DNA of 64,000 nucleotides from Octopus vulgaris (GCA_951406725.2 OX597833.1:1612001-1676000); one strand, 5' to 3'. Numbered from the stretch's first letter, positions 30,068-45,430 are shown. Notes: generated from the letters alone by a model not told the origin. A program made the numbers and translations.

Positions 30068-30458
30068 GTATGTGGTAAGTAGCTTGCTAACCAACCACAT
30101 GGTTCCGGGTTCAGTCCCACTGCGTGGCATCTTGAGCAAGTGTCTTCTGCTATAGCCTCGGGCCGATCAAAGCCTTGTGAGTGGATTTGGTAGACGGAAA
30201 CTGAAAGAAACCTGTCGTATATATGTATATATATATGTGTGTGTGTATGTGTTTGTGTGTCTGTGTTTGTCCCTCTAGCATTGCTTGACAACCGATGCTG
30301 GTGTGTTTACGTCCCCGTCACTTAACGGTTCGGCAAAAGAGACCGATAGAATAAGTACTGGGCTTACAAAGAATAAGTCCCGGGGTCGATTTGCTCGTCT
30401 AAAAGGCGGTGCTCCAGCATGGTCGCAGTCAAATGACTGAAACAAGTAAAAAAAAAAT
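30068..30458 (+). mobile_element. Family A SINE, slightly 5'-truncated
   Basis: Near-identical to 21738-22150; poly(A) end. Confidence 0.9.
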
Positions 30459-30468
30459 TTATATATAA

Positions 30469-30501
<33 letters not shown>

Positions 30502-30713
30502 TTTTGTAGTTTCAGCTCAGAGCTGCGGTCATACTGATGCACCGCCGTTTAAGTGGTGAAAGAGTACAGCAGGGATCACCACCCCCTGCCGGAGCCTCGT
30601 GGAGCTTTTAGGTGTTTTCGCTCAATAAACACTCACAACGTCCGGTCTGGGAATCGAAACCGCGATCCTACGACCGCGAGTCCGCTGCCCTAACCACTAG
30701 GCCATTGCTCCTC
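30502..30713 (-). mobile_element. Chimeric SINE: family B head plus LINE-type tail (tail type 3)
   Basis: Same junction as 19411-19654; tail hairpin variant cagctctgagctgaaacta matches the LINE at 59761. Confidence 0.85.
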
Positions 30714-31502
30714 AATATATATATGTATATATATATGCAGATACGTAGACACGCACTCGCAAAAATATACATACACACATATAATTACACGCTCACACAC
30801 ACGCCCGCACACGCACACTCGCATATGGGAATTGAGTAGAGAATTAAATGATATAAAGGAGAAAAGAATTATTAGGCACAAAGTTGTGGGTAAATTTCGT
30901 TTGTCTGCAAACAAATTATCTCCCAAAGAAATTTTGCCGAGAATTGATAAAATCCACGATTAAGAAAGAGTACAATCAATAGATTGAATTAATAAACTAG
31001 AAAGACACAATAACATTTTGTGCTGATCTCGTACACTAATACCTCATACAATAGAAGCAACACAACGTATATGCCTCTAGACATTTTCAACTCCAACTTG
31101 TCGTTCGTCTGCGCATGTGTTGAAACGAAATACAATTATATTCAGCGCTTTCTTACAATATTTTAAACCACGCTGAAAGACATCAACGCAGATACTTACA
31201 TAAAAAAAAAGTTATTTATTTCAGCATACAGATAAGACAAATAATTTCATCCATATATAAATATATGAAGGTATGTTAATATATAGGAAGTGGACAGACT
31301 CCAGCACACACACATAAACGGTATATATATACAGTCACATATAAATTTACGCAATCATATTTACACACAAGCACACATGAACACAACACGACCACACAAA
31401 TATGTTCACACAAAAAGAAACACATTTACAGCCATATGTAGGCAATATTAAGTAACATATTCACATACAGATGAAATATTCATGGACATCTGTCTCTCTC
31501 TC

Positions 31503-31577
<75 letters not shown>

Positions 31578-31581
<4 letters not shown>

Positions 31582-31790
31582 GTAATCCAAACATGAAAAC
31601 ACAAAGAGAAAATACAACAACGCGAGGACGTGGAACACGTGTAGTGTTATTGGACGCTCAGGAAAGGAAAGGAAAGAAGGAGGATTTAACGTTTCGAGCG
31701 GAGCTCTTCGTCAGAAACATAGGAAAAGGATCGATCCAAGGAAGGGAAGACGGGGGAAGAAATCGCTAACGATTCACACGCGGTCACATT
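31578..31790 (-). mobile_element. Family D1 element (hammerhead core 31684-31718)
   Basis: CTGACGA core; abuts (TA)n. Confidence 0.8.
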
Positions 31791-32024
31791 TTGAATGACC
31801 GGAAGTCCTAGGCTTCGGTAGGCAATGCAAAGGAGAAAAGCGTCTGCGAATATACCAACTCCACTGACCTGTAATCTTTATACTTGCAACATCTGTGGCT
31901 TTCTTTACAAATCGGCAGCGCGACTTAAATGTCTCATTCGACATAAGCATTATGACTGACAAAGAAAGGTACCATGTCGGAGTCTCATGTCGAAACTGAC
32001 AGGAGAGCACGTTATATATATATA

Positions 32025-32218
32025 TGACCTCGTGTGTACAGTTGGCGATTTTTTTCCTCTGTCTTCCCTTCTCGGGATCTTTCCGACGAAGAGCTCCGCT
32101 CGAAACGTTAGACCCTCCTTCTTTCCTTCTTTCCTGAGCGTCCAATAATACTTTATTTGTTCCACGTCCTCGCGTTGTTGTGATTTTTTGTTTTTTTTGT
32201 GTTTTCTTGTTTGGATTA

Positions 32219-32222
<4 letters not shown>
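32025..32222 (+). mobile_element. Family D1 element (hammerhead core about 32078-32113)
   Basis: CCGACGA core; inverted partner of 31578-31790; abuts (TA)n. Confidence 0.75.
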
Positions 32223-32298
<76 letters not shown>

Positions 32299-32395
32299 TG
32301 ATAAGAAAATGGAGGAAAAATAACAATAAAAAGTGTGTCTTTTTGCGCTAGGAAGCCATTAAGTAATTATCTAAGAAAAGTGAGAGGAAAGGTGA

Positions 32396-32480
32396 GTTTA
32401 CGATCGTTTCGGTGTTCCATCGTAAGGAATATATATATTCATATTTTAGCCTTGTTGCAAATGGCAGACATCATCAGAAC
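32396..32480 (-). ncRNA. Type I hammerhead motif with long helix II
   Basis: gtt-CTGATGA-tgtctgccat...atggaacacc-GAAA-cgatc-GTA-aac; palindromic helix III; short helix I. Confidence 0.55.
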
Positions 32481-32758
32481 GACGAAGTCAGAAGTAGGGA
32501 ACGGAAACGTTTATTTGTTCGTTAATACAGAAACTTGAGTTTGGGGTTAACTGTAAGTAATTTTTGTTTTCATTCTCTTTGGAATTACTTTTCCTCGTGG
32601 TTTGAGTTTGGCTGCGCTTTCTAGCATGTAATCTATCTATCTATCTATCTATCTCGTTAGCTAGCTACCTAGCCAAGTATCCCTATCGATCTGTCTGTTA
32701 TTCTATCAGGTGATCTCTGTCTATCTCTCCCAATCTTTATCACTCTCTCTCTCTCTCT

Positions 32759-34206
<1,448 letters not shown>

Positions 34207-34615
34207 AGCGAGAATGAAGCAACAAGAATGGATAGGTTTTTAGTACAATCGTTTCATACAAGGACAGGTTTTATTAAAAGTTGCAAAAATTACAGCATAT
34301 AAACGTGTCCCGTACTCATCAGCTAAAATACATGTGAGTTCTCTAGACATCCTAGTGGTTGAGGCTATACTCATGAAGTAATGTAGATAATTAAGTAACA
34401 TAAACAGATTTCAAAAGTTCTTTAAAGATGATGTACAGTCTTATCACAGAATTTTAAAAAGTCTTAATAGCATCACAGAGAAGGTGACGCAATCCATAGT
34501 GCACATATGAATTTCCAGAGATATGATGAGGGATTACATACTCACAGAAGGCAAATTTATCCATTGTTAATTACAACGAGGTGGGTTTCAATTCCTGCTT
34601 ATTAGCATTACAGCA
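34207..34615 (-). mobile_element. Penelope-like 3' end/pseudo-LTR flanked by (TA)n
   Basis: QELKPT...N.Q-like GIY-YIG C-terminal remnant at about 34565-34605, followed by a hammerhead. Confidence 0.6.
34238..34328 (-). ncRNA. Type I hammerhead ribozyme motif, canonical core
   Basis: ttttag-CTGATGA-gtacgggaca...tgtccttgtat-GAAA-cgatt-GTA-ctaaaa: 6-bp helix I, long helix II, GUA site. Confidence 0.8.
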
Positions 34616-34631
34616 TTATATATATATAAAT

Positions 34632-34740
<109 letters not shown>

Positions 34741-34752
34741 GGGGTGTGGGGG

Positions 34753-34860
<108 letters not shown>

Positions 34861-35856
34861 GGGGGGTGCGTGTGTGTATGTATGTATATATATCATATAT
34901 ATATATATGTGTGTATATATATATGTGTAAATATATATGATTAATAATAAATTCTCGTATATTCCTTCTTCCGTCTTCCATTTGTCATATATATATATAT
35001 ATAAGTTACAAACAATTCGGCAGATTAAACTACTTAGCTATGTGTCTAAACATGGTCTGCATTTAGACCAGGAAATAAACCTAAATATGTAAGTGACAGC
35101 AAAGAATCTGACACAATCAATACATGAACAGATCGTACATTTATTAAGCGGCATATATCTCTGTTGAGCAAAGAAACATCAACGAACTCAAATGATATGC
35201 TTCATGTAGCAACGGCATCTCTCAAAAGAGGTAATATTGACTCAGTCCTAACTAACAGGATTATTTGAAAGACATCAAGAAAGATACAATATGGCCGCCT
35301 GTCCGGATCACAATTGCAAATAATACACTATATACATTAAACAAAATGTCTGCCATTTGTAAAGGAAATTCCGAATATAGAGACCAAGGATATTGGTTGT
35401 GTATAGATGCTTGACTAGGATTTTGTATGAGATAAAATCTCAATCGTATTGTCAAAAAGAAGCGTCTATTTCCGTTGAAGTAATTCGATTTCACAAATCT
35501 GTTATTAAGTATCTTTCTGGTCGAAGGAACTGGTCGTCTTTCCGGTTTGTTTGTTCCTTCTTCGTGTCACTGTTCTAATAAATACATGGAAGAACTTTGC
35601 GGAAGGGATTTAGAAGTTATCGAAGTTCTTGATACGTTAATTTGTTGCGAATATTAAACAATCTGACGGTTCTTTTTATTTGGTTCCAGTTCTCGGTCTG
35701 GCTGCGTGAAAGAGAAATAGGAATCTTTACTCGGTCAAACAAAACACAGAAACAGACTAACAGACAGACAAATAAAGAAAGGGAAAGTGATGCGACATTG
35801 AAGGAAGTGATGTGTTGAACAAAGAGTATCTGAAACATATTAAACTAGATTACAGG

Positions 35857-36067
35857 AAGGAATTATCGTACATTATTTAAATTATTTAAATTTAACGGAT
35901 ATTTGTCCTTCATCAGGTGTCTTGGGGAAATTCCGAACCTGGGTTCCTGTTTCTAAGGTATGCCCACGAGCATATGGCGTAATGGTTAAGAGCACGGGCT
36001 ACTAACCCCCAAGATTCCGAGTTCGATTCCAGGCAGTGAGCTGAATAATAATAATAATAATGATAAC

Positions 36068-36120
<53 letters not shown>
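35857..36120. mobile_element. Second copy of the palindromic tRNA-head/hammerhead element (left arm deleted internally)
   Basis: Left arm matches 4648-4800; centre tatgcccacgagcatatg; plus-strand tRNA head 35969-36044; then (AAT)n. Confidence 0.8.
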
Positions 36121-36122
<2 letters not shown>

Positions 36123-37110
36123 GACCTGATGCAGTACCAGGCAGTGGCTCTCATGGCTTCTGATCTTAACTAATTGAAGGTGTTATCATGTACATTGTTT
36201 TGTCTTGGTATAAAAGATGAGCTACAGCAAATATTCTGCTTAATACCACAGACTTGCTTGTCAGTTGTTTGACCTTAACCAGTTGAGCATGTCCCTTAGT
36301 GGCTGACGATATGTGCATCTCTGATCACGAGAAGAAGTAGTGGATGAGTATCATAGATACATACATACAATCGTATAGTTGTAGACATTAGATTGCCCAA
36401 AGGGTATAAACGTTCCTACTCGTAATCAGGCAGAAGGAGACTATTTATCGAAAAACAAAATGCTTCGAAAGGTACCACTTCTGCATCGTGATTGTAAAAT
36501 CATATTTATTCCGAGAAGCATTGGTGTAATTGTTTGTGTTGGTCAATAAAAAAGGGGGAGTCAGAAAAAATATCTTAAAACGGCCAGATTTTCAAGCAGG
36601 GAAAGAACTGCCACCATTCGCTTCGCAAATGAATACTTTTACCAATACAGTAAAAATGAGGAAGAATTTAATTCTTATCGACTTTGTCAGAAAGTTCTTC
36701 GCCGCAGGAAACCTTCAAACAATTAAAACAATAATGTACGAAAGACATGCTTACACATACATGTACACAGATACACACGAATATGTGTGTGTGTGTGTGT
36801 GTGTGTGTATGTTTGTGTGTGAGAGGGAGAGAGATAGAGAGTGTGTGTGTGTGTGTGTGTGTGTTAATGTGCATGTGTGTCTATAAGTGTGTATCTGCAT
36901 ATGTGTATATCTGTGTACGTGGGTGCATACCAGATATCAAAAGAACATTACAAAAAACAGTTTTGTTTAGAAAAATACCAAATCATCACTGTCGTCATCA
37001 TCATCATCATCATCATCTCAATGATAATTAAATATTGACGACAAATAAGACATCTAAACGACTCATTAGAATTTTAACGAAAATTAATGACTAATGATTT
37101 AGATATCATG

Positions 37111-37144
<34 letters not shown>

Positions 37145-37529
37145 AATGCATACATGTATACACAAATATATATATTTGCATTGGTAGATGTATATATGTA
37201 ATTTATTTGTTTATGTATTGTACTCCAATATATGTTTGATGTGAGATAAATTTATATGAAACTACAGATAAGACAACATAATTTATTTTTATCATGAGAA
37301 ATGGATATCTTTGATATTTTTCTAAAATCATATTTTTTCGGGAACGTGCTTCAAATAAACGTAGATTAGTCTGTGTTTGTTACTAAGTAAACCCAAACTT
37401 TAACGCAGCGGGGTCGATCTCGGAACAAGAGAATACGTATCCATCTCCTGTTCCTCACGTGCTGGATAGCGACATCGGAGTTAAAAGAAATCATGGCGAA
37501 TGACTAAATGAAAACCTATAGACACAAGT

Positions 37530-37800
37530 CTTTGAAATATAGCGGGACCCCAGTGTTCGACTAATATTTATTTTGCCGACCCCTAAAGAATGAAAGTCAG
37601 AATAAATCTCGGCGGAATTTGAACTCAGAACGGAAATTGTATCGACACCTGTATTTGACTGGCGTTTTAGATTCTCGACCCCAATGAAAGACAAGGTTGA
37701 CCTTGGTGGACTTATATCTCAGAACGTAAAGAACTGAAAGAAATACTTCTAAGCATTTTGTTCGAGGTGCAAATGATTTTGCAAGGTCACAGTTTTATTA
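37530..37800 (-). mobile_element. Family C SINE fragments (two partial units)
   Basis: ctcggcggaatttgaactcagaacg and tcgaccccaatgaaag motifs. Confidence 0.6.
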
Positions 37801-38482
37801 CAGCTTCAAATGTTTTGAAAAGGCCACAAAATTTAGTGAGAGGGAATTAGTTCGATTTCTTCCATTGAACCGCTTCAACGACACATTATTTTATAGCCCC
37901 GAAACTAATGACATGCAAACATTATGATATAAAATGACATAAAATATAGATTGCAGATAACATTGATATAAAGGAAGAGATGAAAGCGATGAGGAGTTGA
38001 GGGTCAAAGCGACAAAGATCTAAAATTCGAAAAGTTCAAATAGCAACAGGACAGTTGATCCACATGCCTTACAAATGCATTAAAAAACAGCAGATTGAAT
38101 CGTGATGATTCATTCTTACACAATGGGACAATTGACCCAAGCATATTAGAAATAATTCTTTTATTATTTTCACATGGTACATTTCCAAATACAGCCAGGA
38201 GCAACGGATAAATCGACAGAATAACTAAGTGGATTATGAAATAAAATGGAAAGGAAAAGATGAGAGAAAAGACAAATAGGAAATCTGGAGGCTAATAAGA
38301 AATCAGCTGCATGCCGTTCATGTGATATAACACAAAGGAAAGTTGATGGAGCGCAGGAGCTAAATGCGATGCTATATTTACTTTCCGGTCAAAGAATACA
38401 ATTGCGAAATACGTTCACACAATGGCGTATATATATACGTATGTATGTGTGTGTCTGTGTACGGATGTGTGCTGTATGCATG

Positions 38483-38534
<52 letters not shown>

Positions 38535-38711
38535 GTTGTTGTCTCTTTTCCATTCTCACTAATATAGAATAACGCAGTTTAATTCGATGTTTTCTGTTTG
38601 CAATCGATGAGGCTTCAGTTAGACTGAGTATTGAAGAAAATTTATGTAAATGCATGTCCGTGGTGCTCCGATATTAACTCCAAAATACCATTAGTACCGA
38701 TATATAATAAA

Positions 38712-38749
38712 AATAACAACAACAACAACAATAATAATAATAATAATAT

Positions 38750-38819
<70 letters not shown>
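38712..38819. repeat. (AAT)n microsatellite
   Basis: Seen directly. Confidence 0.95.
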
Positions 38820-38823
38820 GACG

Positions 38824-39087
38824 GATATTACTGTCCCAGTTGATATAAACGTATCTGTCAAGACCTACCAGAAACTGAGTAAATATAAAGATCTTGAAAT
38901 AGAAATCAGCAAAATGTGGAACCTGAAGACTAAGACAGTACCTGTTGTCATAGGTGCCCTGGGAATGATAGCAAAAGGGGCTGATTGCTATCTAACTCAG
39001 ATACCAGGAAACCCCAAAATGGCAGAAATTCAAAAGGTAGTGCTCATGGGAACTGCTCATATCCTACGCAAAATACTTTGTATGTAA
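38824..39087 (+). pseudogene. 5'-truncated R4/Dong-type LINE, restriction-like endonuclease C-terminus
   Basis: Open frame DITVPVDINVSVKTYQKLSKYKDLEIEISKMWNLKTKTVPVVIGALG...IQKVVLMGTAHILRKIL*, directly after (AAT)n. Confidence 0.9.
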
Positions 39088-39220
39088 TCTCAAGTTTAAA
39101 ACTAAACATAATTTTCGTATGGTTTTTTTAGGCATTCACTAGTACAACACTAAGTACAAAACCAAATATATGGCACCCTAGGCATAACACCAACATGAAT
39201 TTCCAACTTGTTGTCTCTTG

Positions 39221-39310
39221 AACCCTCAAGCCTTCATCAGGTGTCTTGGGGAAATTTCCGACCTGGGTTCTCATTCCTAAGGTATTTTTTCGATGTTGTT
39301 GCTGTTAGTA

Positions 39311-39359
<49 letters not shown>

Positions 39360-39401
39360 TTAGGTTATTACCTGGAATCGAGCTCGGAATCTTGGGGTTA
39401 G
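39221..39401 (-). mobile_element. Third copy (one arm) of the tRNA-head/hammerhead element
   Basis: Matches 4737-4898; carries the CTGATGAAGGCT half-core and a B-box remnant. Confidence 0.8.
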
Positions 39402-39700
39402 ATGGCCCGTGTATGGAAAATTAAGAAGGCGAAGACAAGGCGAATTATTATTACATCTGTGGAGAGAGTATCAGGAGGTATCAAGAAGAATATAAAGGAA
39501 GTCGGAATAGAGTGGCCAGTAGAACTCTTACGAAAGATTTGCCTTCTCTGCCACGAGCAGAATAATCAGGGAAGTATTCGGTAGTTGAAAACTATAGAAA
39601 GCAGGCTACCGTAGGCTGCAGTGAGCAAGCTTTCTACATATGCAAGACTAAGAGTTCTAATAAAACCTGAGTTAAAAGAATGATGATAATGATAATCGTA
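39402..39700 (+). pseudogene. Degenerate R4/Dong LINE 3' end (second family)
   Basis: ARVWKIKK...NIKEVGIEWPVELLRKICLL; homologous to 49930-50215. Confidence 0.7.
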
Positions 39701-40214
39701 AACACCGAAAATAGAGGTTTCTCTATTCAAAAGACCGACTGAAAACAAGTATTTTATGAACCCTCGACGCTCGATATAATTGAGTATTTAGGTTTGTTCG
39801 GTGAGACAGGCTTTTTCAAGGTCCGTGTAATGCGCCATGGGACGAATTTGTTTATATTGCCCCAAACAATTCAGCTTAATTTGTTTCTTTTTTACGGATG
39901 ACATGCTTTATGTCACTATTTTTCCGAGGATTGGTTGCTACGTTTGAATTTTTGTATGAAGGCTAAGGCAATCGTATTCTGGTTCAAATAGCCATCGATT
40001 ATATCGCTCACTTGTAGATTTATGGTATTACTTTTCATCAGAGTCGACATAGATAAGAGCAAATAGTCATCGGTGAAAACGTTCGACATTGGAACTTGAG
40101 ATAAAATTTAAAATGGTGTAACCTGCGTAATCTGCGATCAGGATGACAACTTTTATGTAATCACTGATTCCTAAAGAATGTAATATTTTGAAAAAATAAA
40201 GTTGGAAAAATATC

Positions 40215-40430
40215 CGAAATATTGCTACAGTAAGGGGTTACTAGAAAATAGATATATAAAACAAAAGCGCGATTTTCTCTGGTCAACGGTTGCGAATTTT
40301 AGGCATGAATACAGGAAAAATTTAGGATCAGATCTCAAGCAGTCTTTTATTTTATGGGACATGCGTGGTATCATTGACTTCAGTATCATGAAGGCTAAGA
40401 TTTTGATTACGTAACGAAACGATTGTCAAG
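40215..40430 (+). pseudogene. Possible highly decayed mariner transposase fragment
   Basis: FILWDMRGIIDFSIMK resembles the mariner WWDxxGIIxxELL motif. Confidence 0.35.
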
Positions 40431-41070
40431 GAATATAAATATCCTACGTGTTCTGTTTATGGATGGCGATTTGATGGTGTTCCAGAAGAAGTGATATGAA
40501 TTACACTCTTTTGTGCAAAGCAATACATAAGATTTATGGATGAAAACCGCTTGGATTTTGGGATTAAACCATTTTAATTTCTCGTAATGAAAAATGATGA
40601 ATAATGGAAGACTGCAGAAGGTAATGGAAAATAACTTCCAGATAATGGCATCGTAAAATAAAACACGAAAGCGAGAAGCGTTATAAAGGTGTAGATAGAT
40701 CGTAAAAATAAAGCAAAATAACAACGAGGGGATATATTTTGAGGGGAATACGTTCTTGATTGATCTGCGGGTTTAAATCAGAGAGAAATGGTTAGCATGA
40801 CGTGTTCTGGTCATTAAGATATAAAGACCTCTCTCTTTCTCGCCAGAGTGAAGCTATCTTAAAATGACATAAAGACCAGCTTCGGTTCTATAATAAAACT
40901 GTTGAGATAAACGATGGAAAAAAGCAGAAGAAAACATAACTATTATAAATGGGGCATTATATTCCAAGGGTTGGCAATGAGAAGTATATGTATATATATA
41001 CATTATATATACACACATACCTATATACATATACATACTTTTATATGTATATATATACATATACACATAA

Positions 41071-41141
<71 letters not shown>

Positions 41142-41632
41142 GATATATATAGATATATGTGTGTATGCGTGTGAGCGTGTGCGTGTATGCCAGTGCGTGT
41201 GTGGATAGAAATATGTGTATATATAATGCATGTGTATAAATATATGAATAGATATATACATAGCTATTCTAGAAACATTTATGAACATATGCATATATAC
41301 ATATACACATATAACACATATGCAAATACATGCATAATATATATATACATATATATACATATATATATATATATATACATATATATACATATATATACAT
41401 ATATATACATATACACATATATACACATACATACATATATATATATATACATATATACACATACATACATATATATACATATATAAATATATATACAAAT
41501 ACATATATATACATGTACATATATATACATATATATATACATATACATATATATACATGTATATACATATACATATATATACATATATATACATATATAT
41601 ATACATGCATACATATATATATATATATATAT

Positions 41633-41672
<40 letters not shown>

Positions 41673-42019
41673 ATATATATATATACATATATAATACATT
41701 TGCGTGAGTAAATTGAATAAATATGTATATACAGGTGTGTGTGAGTAGATATATAGATATATATGTAGATACATATACACACTTTCCCACATATACACCC
41801 CTGCTCAGGCGCATGCACACGCACACACACACATGCATGCTAAACGCTTTGTTTAGCATGTGTACTGAAATAATTTTTTCCCTGTGTAGGAATAAAATGA
41901 CATGAAAGATTTTGCTTAAACCCAAAACTCACCACTCGATCAAAGAACCCAACCCTCTGATCCTACGGTCGTCAATTTAATACCCGACCCAGCAATCCAC
42001 CACCAACATTCACCCATTG

Positions 42020-42470
42020 TTTACTCTCTTTACTCTTCTACTCTTTTACTTGTTTCAGTCATCTGACTGCGGCCATGCTGGAGCACCGCCTTTAGTCGAG
42101 CAAATCGACCCCGGGACTTATTATTCTTTGTAAGCCCAGTACTTATTCTATCGGTCTCTTTTTGCCGAACCGCTAGGTGACGGGGACGTAAACACACCAG
42201 CATCGGTTGTCAAGCAATGCTAGGAGGGACAAACACAGACACACAAACATATACACACACATACATATATATATGCATACATATATACGACGGGTTTCTT
42301 TCAGTTTCCGTCTACCAAATCCACTCATAAGGCATTGGTCGGCCCGAGGCTATAGTAGAAGACACTTGCCCAAGATGCCACGCAGTGGGACTGAACCCGG
42401 AACCATGTGGTTGGTAAGCAAGCTACTTACCACACAGCCATTCCTGCGCCTATAGCCACTCCTGCGCCTG
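42020..42470 (-). mobile_element. Family A SINE, full length
   Basis: Reverse complement of 21738-22150; short duplication of the 5' end (agccactcctgcgcct). Confidence 0.9.
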
Positions 42471-42522
42471 TTTAGGAACATTAATAATACAATATTAATT
42501 AAATACACCGTATTTGATAACG

Positions 42523-42670
42523 GGTACTCCGTAAATTACGGGGTCAAGGTTTCCAGTTGATCCGATGAACGGAACAGCCTGTTTGTGAAATTAATGTGCA
42601 AGAGGATGAGTACTCCACAGACACGCGTACCCTTACAGTAGTCTCAGGGAGATTCAGCGTGACACCGAAC
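42523..42670 (-). mobile_element. Family B SINE 3' fragment (tail type 1)
   Basis: Matches 11840-11990. Confidence 0.75.
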
Positions 42671-43090
42671 GACCAGGTCGACCCTATTGAAGGATAGGGA
42701 CTACTCATTTTTGTCATCTGAATAGATTTGAGGAACTTGAAATAAAAAGGCTTGCTCAAGGACAAGTTGCAGGGTATCGAACTCACGAATCAACGACTCA
42801 TAGTCACACCGTATTTGATTCTGCTGAATTGTAAACCACTAATTAAAGTAGAATTGTTCTTATGGCTTCATCAATACTCGCTAATTAATATATCGGTAGA
42901 CATAACAATAAACCTGATGCTATTCGGCATACTAAAATATTTCTCCTATTTATATATTTTCTTTTCAATCGTTCATTCAAATATGGAATCGTAAAATTGC
43001 TGCTAAGACATATGACCTTCTTGGGAAGTATACAATGAATATAAGTCATTAAAAATTGATATACTATATGTATATAAATTTTTAATGACT

Positions 43091-43800
<710 letters not shown>

Positions 43801-44458
43801 ATATATAAACAAATACAAAATGGGACAAGATATACACATATATACATATATATATGTTGAGTTCAGCTAGAGCTAATGATTCCGCTCTATTCTAATATAC
43901 CATGAGCTATATTTTAGATACATCAATAATATTTCTTACAAATACCTTTCAGTCGAAAACCGATGATCACAATTAAAGTAAGCATAATTAATTTATATAA
44001 GATGACGCTTTGACATTCATTACAAAGCATGCAACAAATTCAAAGAGGTGGTCACATCGCTACTTTTATCATTTAAAAATTATTTTACATTTTCTATTGT
44101 TTTATTTACATTTCTTTATTTCCTTCACTTTTGTGGCGTCTGCGATTGTGTTCTTTCATTTGTCAAGCTTTTCTGCGTTTAACCGCTCTTGATTCCGCTC
44201 AGATTCTTTGCGTGGTTCACAGCTCAAAACTATTAAAAGAACATAAATATTGTTTAAAGAATTCGTGACCTTTATTATCGCTTTTATCCCTCCCAAAGAA
44301 ATCGTTTGATAGTTTATTTTATTACTATTTTCAGTTAAAATTTTCTAAATATGACAGTTTTTTGCTTAAATTGCCTTATGATTAGGAAATTAAATAATCA
44401 ATTAATTATGAAAATGGAAATACGAATCTCTTATCTCTAAACATTATATACATGTATA

Positions 44459-44519
<61 letters not shown>

Positions 44520-44712
44520 GACTGTGTGCCTGTGTTTGTCCTCCCAACATCGCTTGATGCTGGTGTGTTTACATCCCCGTCACTTAGCAGTTCGTCAAGA
44601 TAACCGATAGAATAAGTACTAGGCTTACAAAGAATAAGTCCTTGGGTCGATTTGCTCGACTAAAGGCGGTGCTCCAGCATGGCCACAGCCAAATGACTGA
44701 AGCAAATAAAAG
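44520..44712 (+). mobile_element. Family A SINE 3' half
   Basis: Matches 21945-22140. Confidence 0.85.
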
Positions 44713-44965
44713 AATACATAAATACATATATACACACACACATGTATAATTAAAGCAGAATAAAATTTTTTCGTTAAAAAAATTTTATCAATGGCCAGCA
44801 TATCAAAAAATACCTTTAAAGATTAAATTTATAAATGATTTACAAGATAAGGGCAAACGAAAAATTATAATGCCAAATATGCCGAAAAAAGACAAAAATT
44901 GTCAATAACGATTATAATTTATGCGTCTCGAAACAAACCGATAGAAATTTCTAAAAAATTCGTTA

Positions 44966-45025
44966 TTACCGCATTGGTTCAATTTCGGGGTTAATTCATA
45001 AGGATTTTCCCCCCTTCAGCGGCAA
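44966..45025 (-). ncRNA. Hammerhead-like motif with two core deviations
   Basis: ttgccg-CTGAAGG-gggg...cccc-GAAA-ttg-aac-caa-TG-cggtaa: all three helices pair, but A9 and H17 are both G. Confidence 0.55.
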
Positions 45026-45382
45026 ATACGCGAGATATAAGTGAAATACTTACTCATACCCACGTATATGCATGTAAATGTAAATATATAATTGTGTACA
45101 GCTGTACATATAACACGTTTTCTATTGCATAATTTGGAAAAGAACTCAGGCGCCACAAATTGCGGAACGATAGCAATTGAGCTACCATTGACGTGTTTCA
45201 CAAAAATATTAAAAAAAGAAAGAAAGAATATAGAAAATAATGAGGTTATGTTGAGTAATAAATCGCATGAAATATGTATGAAGATTTTCGAAGCTTCCCC
45301 AAATTATATTGCACTTAGTGTATGTTTGTGTATTTATGTCATCATATATATGTACATGTGTGTGTATTAATGTATATCTATA

Positions 45383-45430
<48 letters not shown>

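Noticed and set aside
35050-35580. Possible decayed Penelope RT (KHLYTTNI-like motif on the minus strand)
   Set aside because: Single weak motif; flanking RT motifs not recoverable by eye.
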